Position numbers and translations under genes: made by a program. Below, one piece after another: positions 28,671 to 38,982 of a stretch of 54,570 nucleotides of DNA. Every line of letters starts with the position of its first letter. The stretch's first letter is position 1. Source of the DNA: Bacilli bacterium (lineage in GTDB: Bacteria; Bacillota_I; Bacilli_A; RFN20; CAG-826); assembly GCA_045601085.1 (NCBI GenBank), contig JAZRZD010000034.1, positions 1-54,570 of the forward strand, in the 5' to 3' direction. Below the pieces are notes generated by a model. That model made no database searches. It was not told the origin of the DNA and was given only the letters and a program-made list of their open reading frames with translations.

Positions 28671-30257
28671 ATGAGTAAGAACAGTTATTTAAATGCGTTA
28701 TTAAGTAGTGGATTATCAATATTCCCAATGTTGTTAATCATTGTGGTTTTGTCATTCATTCCAAATGGCGCTAGTAGTGTATTAGTTCCTTTAGAACCAT
28801 TTGATTATTTAGCTTTAGCTATTTGTGCTGTTGTCTTAATTGTTGGATTAGCATTATTCCAAATAGGCGCCAATGGCGGACTTACTAGAGTTGGTGAATA
28901 CATGGGTGGTTCGTTATCTAATCAAAAAAAGATGGTAATTGTTATAGTTTTCGCTTTTTTATTAGGTGCGTTAATTACTTGTGCAGAACCAAGCATTATG
29001 ATTGTTTCCAGCCAAGTATCTATTCCAGAATGGTTATTAGTGGGATCAATTGCTATAGGTGTTGGTGCATTTGTAGTTATCGGTGTTGTTAGAATATATA
29101 TTCACAAGTCTTTAAAACTCTGGTATTTGTTATTCTATTTCATTGTATTTGGCTTAATCTGTCTTATTGGATTAGACGAATCTACACGTAAATTTTTACC
29201 ATTTATTTTTGATGCTGGTGGAATTACCACCGGATCTGCAACAGTTCCATTTATCTTAGCATTAGGCGCTGGTATTGCTGCTGTTAGAGGTGGTACTAGT
29301 TCAACAGAAGATAGCTTTGGTCTAGTAGGAATGGCCTCAATTGGCCCTATTCTTACAATGACTATTTTGATTATCTGTAATAATTCTGGATTTACCCCAT
29401 ATGAAGTTTCAATGGCAGTTCCATTTGATAGCTTTAGTAATATTATGACTGCTTTAGGAATGGCATTCTTACCTAGTGCGGAGGGTTTTGGTACTTTAAT
29501 TGAAGTAGCTATGGCGTTATTACCAATCCTTATTATTTTCTTAATCTATGAATTAATTTATATCCGTCTTCCAAAAGATAAAATGCTATCTATTGGATTT
29601 GGATTTATTATTTCATTTTTTGGTTTAGTTATCTTCTTAGCAGGAATTAACGCATTTATGCAACCATTTGGTAATCGTGTAGGTGTTTCCCTTGGCTTAG
29701 TGGATAACGACTGGTTAATTATCTTAATTTGCTTTATTATCGGTTTAGTTACAATTCTTTGTGAACCTGCTGTTCACTCATTAACCACACAAATTGTTTC
29801 AATTAGTGATGGCGCTATTAGTAAGAAAACTGTTTTATTAACTTTATCTTTAGGCGTTGGTATTGCTATTGGTTTATCCGCAATTAGAACATTATTTAAC
29901 TTCAATATTCTTTATATTGTTGTACCTGGATACATTCTTTCATGTATCTTAATGTTCTTCTGCCCTGATTTATTTACTGCTTTAGCATTTGACTCAGGCG
30001 GTACTGCTAGTGGACCTATGTCTGTTTCTTTCGTTTTACCAATGATTATTGGCATTACTTATCAAAAGAATGTCCATGAAACTTCATCAGTTTTATATTA
30101 TGACCAATCATTTGGTGTTGTTGCTCTTATTGCATTAACCCCAATTTTAGCGGTTCAAATATTAGGTATTTCTATGACACTTAAAAAGATGTACCAATTA
30201 CGTGTTATGCGTCATCAAGTATTTGATGCTAACGATGCACAAATTATTCATTTTTAG
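28671..30257 (+). CDS. Membrane protein consisting of two fused DUF1538-like halves (528 aa)
   Basis: Polytopic. Internal duplication (each half ~260 aa with similar hydrophobic pattern and GG…TTGSATVPFILALG / GG…TASGPMSVSFVLPM motifs). Immediately followed by two PII-like genes. Confidence 0.55.
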   Translation: MSKNSYLNALLSSGLSIFPMLLIIVVLSFIPNGASSVLVPLEPFDYLALAICAVVLIVGLALFQIGANGGLTRVGEYMGGSLSNQKKMVIVIVFAFLLGALITCAEPSIMIVSSQVSIPEWLLVGSIAIGVGAFVVIGVVRIYIHKSLKLWYLLFYFIVFGLICLIGLDESTRKFLPFIFDAGGITTGSATVPFILALGAGIAAVRGGTSSTEDSFGLVGMASIGPILTMTILIICNNSGFTPYEVSMAVPFDSFSNIMTALGMAFLPSAEGFGTLIEVAMALLPILIIFLIYELIYIRLPKDKMLSIGFGFIISFFGLVIFLAGINAFMQPFGNRVGVSLGLVDNDWLIILICFIIGLVTILCEPAVHSLTTQIVSISDGAISKKTVLLTLSLGVGIAIGLSAIRTLFNFNILYIVVPGYILSCILMFFCPDLFTALAFDSGGTASGPMSVSFVLPMIIGITYQKNVHETSSVLYYDQSFGVVALIALTPILAVQILGISMTLKKMYQLRVMRHQVFDANDAQIIHF

Positions 30258-30266
30258 GGAGAGATT

Positions 30267-30710
30267 ATGAAAAATATCTGGAAATCTAAAGTAAAAGAAA
30301 AAGATAGAAGTGCTAAAAAACTTGATCAAGAAAAAGTTAAGAAAACTACTACAAAGAAATCCTTTGAAGAGAAAAAGAATCTTGATAAGTTATATGTTTA
30401 TATTGTTATCGCTAACCAAGGACAAGCAGACACTATTTGTAGCTTGCTTCAATATCTTGGTTCTAGTGCACAATATATTCAACATGCTAGAGGAACTGCA
30501 CCTGACAGAGTTAAAGACATTTTAAATATCGTAGATAATACAAAAGAAGTGATATTCTCATTTATTAATGAAAAGTTTTTAGATCAAGTACAGTTAGAAT
30601 TAAATGCTTATTTTGCAGCAAATAAAAAGAATAGTGGATTAGGATTTGCTATCCCATTAACTTCAATTATGGGTGTTAAAGCATATAAATTTTTATCACA
30701 AACATTATAA
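30267..30710 (+). CDS. PII-like (GlnB-fold) protein with a Lys-rich N-terminal extension
   Basis: Core YVYIVIANQGQADTICSLLQYLGSSAQYIQHARGT resembles the second PII-like gene. ~40-aa K/E-rich N-terminal tail. RBS AGGGAGAG. Confidence 0.55.
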   Translation: MKNIWKSKVKEKDRSAKKLDQEKVKKTTTKKSFEEKKNLDKLYVYIVIANQGQADTICSLLQYLGSSAQYIQHARGTAPDRVKDILNIVDNTKEVIFSFINEKFLDQVQLELNAYFAANKKNSGLGFAIPLTSIMGVKAYKFLSQTL

Positions 30711-30720
30711 GGAGACGAAT

Positions 30721-31038
30721 ATGGAAGATAATAGTTACAAAGCAGTTATTGCAGTAGTAAATCAAGGATTTGCTCAAGTAGTTATGGAAGCCGCTAGAGA
30801 TGCCGGTTGCCGTGGTGGAACAATTATTCACGCTAGAGGCACAGGTCATTTAGGCGCACAAAAGAAATATGGTATCGCTGTTACTCCTGAAAAAGAATTT
30901 ATCATCATGCTCGTTGCTAATGAGTTTGTGGATCCTGTTATTAAAGCAGTAGATAAAGCAGTTGGCTTAAATACTGATGGACATGGAGTTGTCTTCTCCA
31001 TTCCAGCAGAACATATATCTGGTATTAAAATTAAGTAA
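30721..31038 (+). CDS. PII-family (nitrogen-regulatory-protein-like) protein
   Basis: KAVIAVVNQGFAQVVMEAARDAGCRGGTIIHARGTG…GHGVVFSIP. RBS AAGGAGA. ATG 30721 preferred over the upstream TTG extension. Confidence 0.7.
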   Translation: MEDNSYKAVIAVVNQGFAQVVMEAARDAGCRGGTIIHARGTGHLGAQKKYGIAVTPEKEFIIMLVANEFVDPVIKAVDKAVGLNTDGHGVVFSIPAEHISGIKIK

Positions 31039-31039
31039 A

Positions 31040-31078
31040 AGAAATGCTTCCAATCGCAATCGGAAGCATTTTTATTTA
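31040..31078. terminator. Bidirectional rho-independent terminator between the PII operon (+) and typA (-)
   Basis: 8-bp stem ATGCTTCC/GGAAGCAT, T-run on the + side, A-run (T-run on the minus side) upstream. Confidence 0.7.
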
Positions 31079-32914
31079 TTAGTATTCGTCAATATCGCCA
31101 CGCTTTACGTGAGCGTCATATTTCTTACGTTCAACTGTGTTTAAGATTTTCTTACGCATACGGAATGTATGAGGAGTAATCTCAACAAGCTCGTCGTTAT
31201 TAATATAATCTAAACATCCTTCTAGCGATAATAGTCTTGGTGATTTTAACACTACTGTATTATCTTTATTTGAACTTCTAACATTTGTTAAGTTTTTCTT
31301 AGTGACAACATTAACTGCTAAATCGATATCATATTTATTTTCACCAACGATCATTCCTTCATAAACTGTTTCGCCTGGTTTAATAAACATGGTTCCTCTT
31401 TCTTCTACGTGTTCAATAGCGTATGGAGTGGCTTGTCCACTTTCAACTGCTACTAGAACACCAACAGGTCTTTCCCCGATAGAATGAGCCTGCATAGGGC
31501 GATATTCTTTATAGGTATGGGATAAAATACCATAACCTTTAGTTAGTGTCATAAACATGGTCATATAGCCTAATAAACCACGTGATGGGATAACATAGTT
31601 AAGAATTGTTGTTGTATCCTTAGCATCCATGTTAATTAAATCACCATTTCTTGAACCAATGGTGGTCATTACGTCACCAACATATTCATTTGGTACATCA
31701 ATAGTTAAATCTTCGTATGGTTCTTGTTTAACACCATCAATTTCTTTAATAATTACTTGTGGCTTACTAACTTCAAGTTCAAAACCTTCTCTACGCATAT
31801 TTTCAATAAGAATAGAAAGGTGTAATTCGCCTCTTCCTGATACAACCCAAGCTTCAGCGTTTTCAATTCTTCTAACTTTAAGGGCAACATCCTTTTGAGT
31901 TTCTTTAAATAATCTTTCTTCAATCTTTCTAGCAGTTAAAAGTTTTCCGTCTTTTCCTGAGAATGGTGAACTATTAGTACCAAAAGTCATTTGAAGAGTT
32001 GGTTCATCAAGTCTAATTGGTGGAAGAGCTTCTAAATGTGCTGGAGGACAGATTGTATCTCCAACGTTAATATCAGTTAATCCCGCAACTGCAACGATTT
32101 CCCCAGCAGAAGCTTCATTAATTTCTAATCTAGTTAATCCTTTATAACCAAATAATTTCATTACTTTAAATGCTGAAGTAGTGCCGTCACTTCTAATCGC
32201 AACAACATTATCATTTAATTTGATAGTGCCACGTTTGATAGTGCCAATACCAATACGACCAACGAAATCGTTATAGTCTAATAAGGATATTTGTAATTGT
32301 AATGGTGATTCTACATCAATTTTTGGTGCAGGAATTTCATCAATAATAGTTTGTAAAATAGCATCCATTCCTGGGACTTGATCATCTAGATTATCACTTA
32401 ATGATGAAGTGCCTTTTAGAGCACTAGCGTAAACAACTTTGAAATCTAAGAATTCGTCAGGAGCACCTAATTCAATAAATAAATTTAAAATGCCATCTAA
32501 TGTTTCTGCAATATTGATATTTGCACGGTCAATTTTGTTCACTACAACAATTGGTTTAACATGTGCTTCTAATGCTTTTTTAAGAACAAATCTAGTTTGT
32601 GGCATTGTTCCTTCAAATGCATCAACAAGAAGCAAACAGCCATCAACCATGTTCATAATTCTTTCTACTTCTCCGCCAAAGTCAGCGTGCCCTGGAGTAT
32701 CAAGAATGTTAATTTTTGTACCTTTATAGTTAATAGAGGTAGTTTTAGCTAAAATAGTAATTCCTCTTTCTTTTTCAATATCGTTACTATCCATAACTCT
32801 ATCGCCGATGGTTTCATTTTCTCTAAATGCTCCAGCAGTTGTAAGAAGTTGATTTACTAATGTAGTTTTTCCGTGATCTACGTGTGCAATAATTGCGATG
32901 TTTCTAATGTCCAT
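31079..32914 (-). CDS. typA: Translational GTPase TypA/BipA
   Basis: IRNIAIIAHVDHGKTTL G1 motif, DTPGHADF. 611 aa. Confidence 0.95.
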   Translation of the reverse strand: MDIRNIAIIAHVDHGKTTLVNQLLTTAGAFRENETIGDRVMDSNDIEKERGITILAKTTSINYKGTKINILDTPGHADFGGEVERIMNMVDGCLLLVDAFEGTMPQTRFVLKKALEAHVKPIVVVNKIDRANINIAETLDGILNLFIELGAPDEFLDFKVVYASALKGTSSLSDNLDDQVPGMDAILQTIIDEIPAPKIDVESPLQLQISLLDYNDFVGRIGIGTIKRGTIKLNDNVVAIRSDGTTSAFKVMKLFGYKGLTRLEINEASAGEIVAVAGLTDINVGDTICPPAHLEALPPIRLDEPTLQMTFGTNSSPFSGKDGKLLTARKIEERLFKETQKDVALKVRRIENAEAWVVSGRGELHLSILIENMRREGFELEVSKPQVIIKEIDGVKQEPYEDLTIDVPNEYVGDVMTTIGSRNGDLINMDAKDTTTILNYVIPSRGLLGYMTMFMTLTKGYGILSHTYKEYRPMQAHSIGERPVGVLVAVESGQATPYAIEHVEERGTMFIKPGETVYEGMIVGENKYDIDLAVNVVTKKNLTNVRSSNKDNTVVLKSPRLLSLEGCLDYINNDELVEITPHTFRMRKKILNTVERKKYDAHVKRGDIDEY

Positions 32915-32969
32915 AAAAAATAACCGTTTTTTATATTAAAAAACAATAACAAAAATTGCAATAAAAAGG

Positions 32970-33809
32970 TTATTTAATAAGGCTATAAACTTTATTTTTG
33001 TTAATATTTTTTGTTTTGGAAACTATTTCCACAATATCTTTTGAGGTTAAGTTCTTACTTTTTAATAAGTTAATTAATTCTTGTATTTCCTCAATATTTT
33101 CTTCTTTTTCGGTTTGGTTGCCTTCAATAATAAGTACCATTTCACCAAGTAATGTTGATTCATCTATATTACTTAACTCGCTTGTAGTGCCGCGGATATA
33201 TTCTTCATTCTTTTTAGTAAGTTCTCTTGCTAAAACAAGTTTTCTTTCTCCAAATATATCTTTTAACAAATTAAGAGTCCTTTTAATTCTATGAGGAGCT
33301 TCGTATAAGATAATAGTTTCTTTTCTATCTTTTAACTCTTCTAATTCTTTTTTGGCGTCACTATCTTTGCTTTGTAAAAAACCATAAAAATAGAAATGAT
33401 TTGTATCTAATCCTGAAGACACTAAAGCATTAATGAATGCACATGATCCACATATTGTGGATACATTAATGTCATTTTTAATACATTCTTGGACAATAAT
33501 ATTTCCTGGATCGGATATACCTGGATATCCCGCATCAGAAACATAGACGACTTTTTTACCTTCTTTAATCTTTTCAATAATTGATAGAGATCTTTCTTTT
33601 TCGTTATGTTGATGTAAAGAAATTAAAGGTTTAGAGATATTAAATGCAGAAAGAAGCTTCTTTGTATTTTGTGTATCTTCTGCCGCTACTAAATCACATT
33701 CTGAAATAACTTCTATTGCTCTAGGAGTAAACTCTTTTAAATTGCCAATAGGAGTTGCCACCAAGTAAAGAAGTGGTTCGTTTGAAGTGAAGTTTTTATT
33801 TCTTTTCAT
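32970..33809 (-). CDS. rsmI: 16S rRNA (cytidine1402-2'-O)-methyltransferase RsmI
   Basis: LYLVATPIGNLKEFTPRA tetrapyrrole-methylase-fold motif. Synteny holB-yaaT-rsmI. Confidence 0.9.
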   Translation of the reverse strand: MKRNKNFTSNEPLLYLVATPIGNLKEFTPRAIEVISECDLVAAEDTQNTKKLLSAFNISKPLISLHQHNEKERSLSIIEKIKEGKKVVYVSDAGYPGISDPGNIIVQECIKNDINVSTICGSCAFINALVSSGLDTNHFYFYGFLQSKDSDAKKELEELKDRKETIILYEAPHRIKRTLNLLKDIFGERKLVLARELTKKNEEYIRGTTSELSNIDESTLLGEMVLIIEGNQTEKEENIEEIQELINLLKSKNLTSKDIVEIVSKTKNINKNKVYSLIK

Positions 33810-34692
33810 TGTGATTGTGATTGAAGTGTTGTTCGTTTTTCTTACTAACCTTAGCGTTAGCCTTAAATTCTTCTAATGTGTAATTAATAATATCTTCATC
33901 ACCATCAAGTCTAATAGTTTTGGAAATAACATTAATTGCTCCGACAGTATATTCTTTTTTATCAACAAAGCACTTACTGCCTAATTCTGGCATATCTTTT
34001 TTTGCTTCTACATATGCTTCATCTTCATATTTTAAGCAGCATAATAATTTTCCACAGTGTCCACTTAATTTTGGAATGTTAATAGCAAGCATTTGGTTTT
34101 TAGCCCTATTAACAGAGATACCATCAAATTCATTTAAGAAAGTTGAACAACATAATGGCAAACCACACACACCAATACCGCCAACAAGTTTAGATTTATC
34201 TCTACTTCCTAATTGTCTTAATTCAATTCTTGTGTGTAATTTATATGCTAAAACCTTAAGCAATTCCCTAAAATCTACTCTTTCATCAGCTAAATAACAG
34301 AATATTACTTTGGCTCTATCAAGAGTGTATTCAGCAGAAATTAAATTCATTGGAAGTTTTAAGTTTTTAGCTTCACTACGACAAACTGCTAAAGATGCTT
34401 CTGCTAATTTTAGATTAGTGTTAAAAGCCACTTCATCTTCTTTGTTAGCTATTCTTAAAATTGGTTTCAAACCAAGTTCACTTTTATATTCATCAATATC
34501 TTTTTGAGCATAAGAAACTTCTGCTAATTCTTGTCCTCTAGCGGTTTCAACGACAACTTTATCACCTAGTTTGAGTTCAAGATCCTTCACACCAAAATAA
34601 TATGTTCTAGTAGTGTTATTAAATCTAACCCCAACATAGGAGTCATAAATAGAATTATCGATGATTTCTTCTTTTTTATTATTTATATTCAT
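33796..34692 (-). CDS. yaaT: PSP1-domain protein (YaaT/RicT-like)
   Basis: Conserved position after holB. Cys-rich GVCGLPLCCSTFL / CGKLLCCLKYE motifs typical of YaaT. Confidence 0.8.
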   Translation of the reverse strand: MNINNKKEEIIDNSIYDSYVGVRFNNTTRTYYFGVKDLELKLGDKVVVETARGQELAEVSYAQKDIDEYKSELGLKPILRIANKEDEVAFNTNLKLAEASLAVCRSEAKNLKLPMNLISAEYTLDRAKVIFCYLADERVDFRELLKVLAYKLHTRIELRQLGSRDKSKLVGGIGVCGLPLCCSTFLNEFDGISVNRAKNQMLAINIPKLSGHCGKLLCCLKYEDEAYVEAKKDMPELGSKCFVDKKEYTVGAINVISKTIRLDGDEDIINYTLEEFKANAKVSKKNEQHFNHNHNEKK

Positions 34693-35681
34693 AAAATTTC
34701 CTTTGTAATGAGATTAGAAATATGGTCAATTTCTAGACCAATGTTAGAGTTTCTTAAATTCTTAACTGCTAATAATTCTTGAAGTATTGTTTCAATAGAG
34801 GCAATACGAGACTCTATTTCCTTAAGTATTGTAGCATAATTTTTTAAAATTATTTCATCTTGTTTCCTGATAGCAAACAAATCTTCAAATGTTTCAATTA
34901 ATAAGTTAATAAATAAACCTAATTGGTTACGTTGTTTGATTTGAGTGTTAACTTGTGACATAAAGTGATAAGTTATACCTTCTTTAGATTCATTTTTAAG
35001 TGTTTCAATAGTTAATTTATATAAATCTTTAATGGATAAATACATTGCGTGATTGTCTTCATCATCTAAGAATTCTTTTATCATTTCAGAATCATTATAA
35101 ATATAGGATAATAACTCAGCGTCTTCCCCATCTATCCCTTCATCAACCGCCTCTTGGATAATCTCAGTTCTTGCTACAGGTGCTAAACGCAATGTTTGAC
35201 ATCGAGAAACAATGGTAGGTTTGATTAAGTTTATGTTAGTAGTAGTAAGGAATGCATATACTTCAGATTCTGGTTCTTCAAGTGTTTTTAATAAGGAATT
35301 GATTGCCTTTTCAGAAATATTTTCTAATTGATTAAGGACATAAACCCTAACTCCTTTTGGTTCAATTGCATATGTTTCTAACTTCTCTTGAATAGAGGCA
35401 ATATCGTTATCGGTAATAGATTTAAGAGAACCATCCACGACGAAGAAGTCAGGATAGTTTTGTTCATTGATTCTATGACAGGTTAGACAGCTATCGCACG
35501 CTAAAGGAGAACGAGAATCGCATAAAATTGATTTGCCCAAAAATGATGCAATTTTAAGTAATGGTGTGCCTACATCTCCGCTTATTAAATAAGCATGAGA
35601 AAGTTTGCCATTATTAATAGCGTTACAAAATGTTTTATATATGACTGGTTGATGTAGTTTTAAATATTCTTCAATCTTCAT
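34689..35681 (-). CDS. holB: DNA polymerase III delta' subunit
   Basis: AAA+ clamp-loader-like N-terminus (HAYLISGDVGTPL), C-x-x-C zinc module. Synteny tmk-holB. Confidence 0.8.
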   Translation of the reverse strand: MKIEEYLKLHQPVIYKTFCNAINNGKLSHAYLISGDVGTPLLKIASFLGKSILCDSRSPLACDSCLTCHRINEQNYPDFFVVDGSLKSITDNDIASIQEKLETYAIEPKGVRVYVLNQLENISEKAINSLLKTLEEPESEVYAFLTTTNINLIKPTIVSRCQTLRLAPVARTEIIQEAVDEGIDGEDAELLSYIYNDSEMIKEFLDDEDNHAMYLSIKDLYKLTIETLKNESKEGITYHFMSQVNTQIKQRNQLGLFINLLIETFEDLFAIRKQDEIILKNYATILKEIESRIASIETILQELLAVKNLRNSNIGLEIDHISNLITKEIL

Positions 35682-36292
35682 AGTCTTGAGATGATTGCTT
35701 TTAAAGTCGTCTCTGCAACTTCATCTTGAGATTTTGAAGCATCAATTACTATAAAGCGTTCTGGATATCTTTTTGATAATTCCAAGAAAGTATTTCTAAC
35801 TTTATGATGGAATTCTAATTTTTCTAAATCTAATCTATTAACTTCTCTATTGGCGTTCTTAGCGATTCTTTCTAATCCAATTTCAGGTTCAATATCAAAT
35901 AAAAGTGTTAAATCTGGCCATGTATCTTCTGTGGCAAATTTATTAATATTTAATATTTCTTCGATACCTAATCCTCTAGCTCCACCCTGGTATGCTAAAG
36001 AGGAATCTAAATAACGATCACAAATAACTATTTTCCCTTCTTTAATTGCGGGCCAAACTTTTTCTACTAAATGTTGACGTCTGCTTGCAGCATAAAGAAG
36101 AGCCTCTGTACGAGGATCCATAGTCTTATTTTCTTTATCTAAGATCACATTTCTAATTTGTTCAGAAATAGGTGTTCCACCTGGCTCACGAGTTCTAATA
36201 ATGTCATAACCCATTTCTTGTAATTTTTTTACAGCGGTATTGACTGCGGTGGTTTTGCCACTTCCTTCAGGTCCTTCAATTGTAATAAACAT
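35678..36292 (-). CDS. tmk: Thymidylate kinase
   Basis: P-loop FITIEGPEGSGKTT. DRY motif. 204 aa. Confidence 0.9.
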   Translation of the reverse strand: MFITIEGPEGSGKTTAVNTAVKKLQEMGYDIIRTREPGGTPISEQIRNVILDKENKTMDPRTEALLYAASRRQHLVEKVWPAIKEGKIVICDRYLDSSLAYQGGARGLGIEEILNINKFATEDTWPDLTLLFDIEPEIGLERIAKNANREVNRLDLEKLEFHHKVRNTFLELSKRYPERFIVIDASKSQDEVAETTLKAIISRL

Positions 36293-36888
36293 TATATTTT
36301 CCTCCTGCCTTCTAGAGACTTTAATAAAGTAAGTTTGTCAGTATAATCAAGTGTTCCACCCATTTGTAATCCAAACGCTAATTTAGTAGTGGAAACATTG
36401 TAATTCTCAAGTTTTTTAGCAATATATAACGATGTAATTTCTCCATCTACTGTTGGATTTGTGGCTAAAATAACTTCTTTAACAGTGCTTTGTTCAATAC
36501 GAGAAAATAAACTTTCTAAATTTAAATCTTCAGCATTTTTGTTTTTGCTCATTGATATCTCACCATTAAGAACATGATATAAGCCATGGTATCCTTCACT
36601 TTTTTCAATAGAGATAACATCCTTTGGATATGAGACCACCATGATTGTGGAGGTATCTCTTGAAGAATCATTACAGAATATACATTCATCCTCGTCTGTT
36701 ATCATTCCACAAATTGGACAAGTATGAATATTTATCTTTAGTTCTTTAACTGCATTCGAAAACTCTTCTAAATCTTCATCAGACATACTAAGCATTGCAT
36801 ATGCAATTCTTTCTGCAGATTTATGTCCAATGCTAGGAAGTTTAGATAATGAATTTTCTAGTCTTTCTAAAGATTTTAGCTTGTTCAT
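36292..36888 (-). CDS. recR: Recombination protein RecR
   Basis: C4 zinc finger CPICGMITDEDECIFC, Toprim domain. 198 aa. Confidence 0.9.
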   Translation of the reverse strand: MNKLKSLERLENSLSKLPSIGHKSAERIAYAMLSMSDEDLEEFSNAVKELKINIHTCPICGMITDEDECIFCNDSSRDTSTIMVVSYPKDVISIEKSEGYHGLYHVLNGEISMSKNKNAEDLNLESLFSRIEQSTVKEVILATNPTVDGEITSLYIAKKLENYNVSTTKLAFGLQMGGTLDYTDKLTLLKSLEGRRKI

Positions 36889-37187
36889 TAGAAGCCAAAA
36901 CCTCCGTTACCAGCAACTTTAGAATTTATTGCTTCTTCTTCTGCTGCAATTTGATCTAAGAGTTCATTAATTGCCATTTGGAGAAGATCTTGTAACATTT
37001 CTTTGTTTTCTTTTTCTAAAACATCTTCATCAATATCAATAGATTTAATGGTTTTATTACCCATCATAGTGACAGTAACTGCACCACTTTTGTTAACAGT
37101 AAATTCTTTTTGTGCAAGTGCTTCTTGTGCTTTCTTTAATTCTCTTTGCATTTTTTGGGCTTGCATCATAAGTTGTTGCATATTCAT
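36888..37187 (-). CDS. ybaB: Nucleoid-associated protein YbaB/EbfC
   Basis: MNMQQLMMQAQKMQRELKKAQE. ATG at 37187 with SD GGAGAA preferred over the TTG 37211 of the ORF track. Confidence 0.8.
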   Translation of the reverse strand: MNMQQLMMQAQKMQRELKKAQEALAQKEFTVNKSGAVTVTMMGNKTIKSIDIDEDVLEKENKEMLQDLLQMAINELLDQIAAEEEAINSKVAGNGGFGF

Positions 37188-37191
37188 AAAA

Positions 37192-38847
37192 TTATTCTCC
37201 TTCAAATTCAATTACCACACTGTCTGGTTTTGGTAATTTGTCTAATTGTTTCATTTCACTATATGTTTTTTGATAATCCACTGATTGTTTTCTAGTTATT
37301 GAATACACGAATAAATGTTTTTCAAATGCATTAAAAACAATATCTTGGATAGTCTTTTGATTTTCTACTTTATTGAATTTATCCACAACGCTTTGCATTT
37401 GGAATTCTAAGATTAAGATATCTTTTGAACATACAAGCGGATGGGCATCAAGCATATTAGAGGCCAAACCACCAATAAGTGGATTAGATGTAAATTTCTT
37501 TATTTCATCCCAGCGATCTAATAATTCTTTTTTAATGTCTTTGTTACTTTTAACCATGATAGGAATCATTAAATCTGGATTAACTACATAACTATCACCA
37601 ATGATGGTGTTTTTAAGTGCTTTAACATTATCAAGTTTTTCATATTTAATTGTTTCTTCTTTAACAATTTTTTCAACTACTGGAGCTTCTTCTACTTTCT
37701 TTTCAATAGCATCAATTTTTGTGTTATCTTCGACTTCTGCAGGTTTTTCAATAGCTTTTTCTCTTTGTTTACAAATATCACAAAGTTTTAAAACACTTAC
37801 TTCAAAGATGGAGTTAATTGAAGCAACTTTAGAATAATTACTAAGTGTTTCAATTAATGTATTTATCATGCTATTAGCTTTATCTTCATTAATGTTTCTA
37901 GCAAGTGTAGAAGCTTGGTGAAGGGTAATATTTTTTAATACATCATCTCTTCTAGTAACTAAATAGACAAGGACATCTTTAACAATAAGTAAAAGGTCGC
38001 TAGTTAATCGTTTTAGATCTGTGCCTTTTTTGAAATATTGATTAACTGTGGATAATACTTCTGAAGCATGACCACTTGCTATTTCATCTAATAAGGCAAC
38101 TTTTGAAGCTGTACTTTCTAGTGAGAAGATATCTAAAACATCTTGAGTGTTAAGTTTGCCATTTTGAGAATACGCTAAAACTTGGTCAAGCATACTTAAA
38201 GCATCTCTCATACCACCATCAGCAAGTGAAGCGATTAACTTAAGTGCTTCTCCTTCAAATTCAATTCCTTCTTTAACTAAGATTTCATCCATTTTTGCAA
38301 TGATTGAATCATCACTAATTTTAGTGAAATCATATCTTTGACAACGAGAAATAATAGTAGGAAGAATTTCTTGAGGATCTGTTGTTGCTAAGATAAATAA
38401 AACATTCTCTGGTGGTTCTTCAAGTGTTTTTAAAAGAGCATTAAATGCGGAGTCACTTAACATATGAACTTCGTCAATAATGTAGACTTTATATTTACCC
38501 ATTGTTGGGCTATATCTAACTTGATCAACAAGTACTCTAATATCGTTAACGCCGTTATTGCTAGCAGCATCAAGTTCAATCACATCTGGATGAGAACCTT
38601 CATTAATACTTTTACAATTTATGCAGTTATTACATTGATGGCCAAAACCTTCTTCACAGTTTAATGCTTTAGCGAATATTCTTGCCATGGTGGTTTTACC
38701 TGTACCACGAGGACCTGCAAATAAATAGGCATGAGCAATCTTTTTGTTTGCTAACGCATTCTTTAAAGTTCTAATGATATGTTCTTGGCCTGCAACCTCA
38801 TCAAAAGTAGAAGGTCTATAAGTTCTATATAGTGCTTTATATGACAT
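37192..38847 (-). CDS. dnaX: DNA polymerase III subunits gamma/tau
   Basis: YRPSTFDEVAGQEH, Walker A GPRGTGKTT, zinc module CxxC. 551 aa. Confidence 0.9.
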   Translation of the reverse strand: MSYKALYRTYRPSTFDEVAGQEHIIRTLKNALANKKIAHAYLFAGPRGTGKTTMARIFAKALNCEEGFGHQCNNCINCKSINEGSHPDVIELDAASNNGVNDIRVLVDQVRYSPTMGKYKVYIIDEVHMLSDSAFNALLKTLEEPPENVLFILATTDPQEILPTIISRCQRYDFTKISDDSIIAKMDEILVKEGIEFEGEALKLIASLADGGMRDALSMLDQVLAYSQNGKLNTQDVLDIFSLESTASKVALLDEIASGHASEVLSTVNQYFKKGTDLKRLTSDLLLIVKDVLVYLVTRRDDVLKNITLHQASTLARNINEDKANSMINTLIETLSNYSKVASINSIFEVSVLKLCDICKQREKAIEKPAEVEDNTKIDAIEKKVEEAPVVEKIVKEETIKYEKLDNVKALKNTIIGDSYVVNPDLMIPIMVKSNKDIKKELLDRWDEIKKFTSNPLIGGLASNMLDAHPLVCSKDILILEFQMQSVVDKFNKVENQKTIQDIVFNAFEKHLFVYSITRKQSVDYQKTYSEMKQLDKLPKPDSVVIEFEGE

Positions 38848-38950
38848 AAATTTTTACCTTTTAACATTATACACAAATAATATGCATTATGAAAACGATT
38901 AATATTAATATTAAGAAACACATTTACCTCTTTATCTAATTTATATTAAT

Positions 38951-38960
38951 GTGGTAAAAT
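38951..38960 (+). promoter_or_regulatory. Possible extended -10 promoter element (TGgTAAAAT) for prfA
   Basis: TG-n-TAAAAT 23 nt upstream of the prfA ATG, with RBS AAAGGAA between. The -35 is weak. Confidence 0.35.
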
Positions 38961-38982
38961 ACAAACGCTAAAGGAATTATTT

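Noticed and set aside
30310-30525. Lys-rich 71-aa ORF overlapping the first PII-like gene in another frame
   Set aside because: Out-of-frame overlap with a gene that has an RBS and conserved fold. The composition (K/L runs) is a frame artefact of the Lys-rich tail.
31050-31062. Tandem direct repeat caatcg-caatcg, considered as a CRISPR/repeat element
   Set aside because: A single 6-nt duplication forming the loop of a terminator hairpin. There is no array periodicity or spacers anywhere in the window.
38848-38982. 4.5S/SRP RNA (scr/ffs), which sits upstream of dnaX in Bacillus
   Set aside because: The region is uniformly AT-rich with no GC-rich helix or conserved SRP domain IV motif. It fits only as a prfA promoter/leader.
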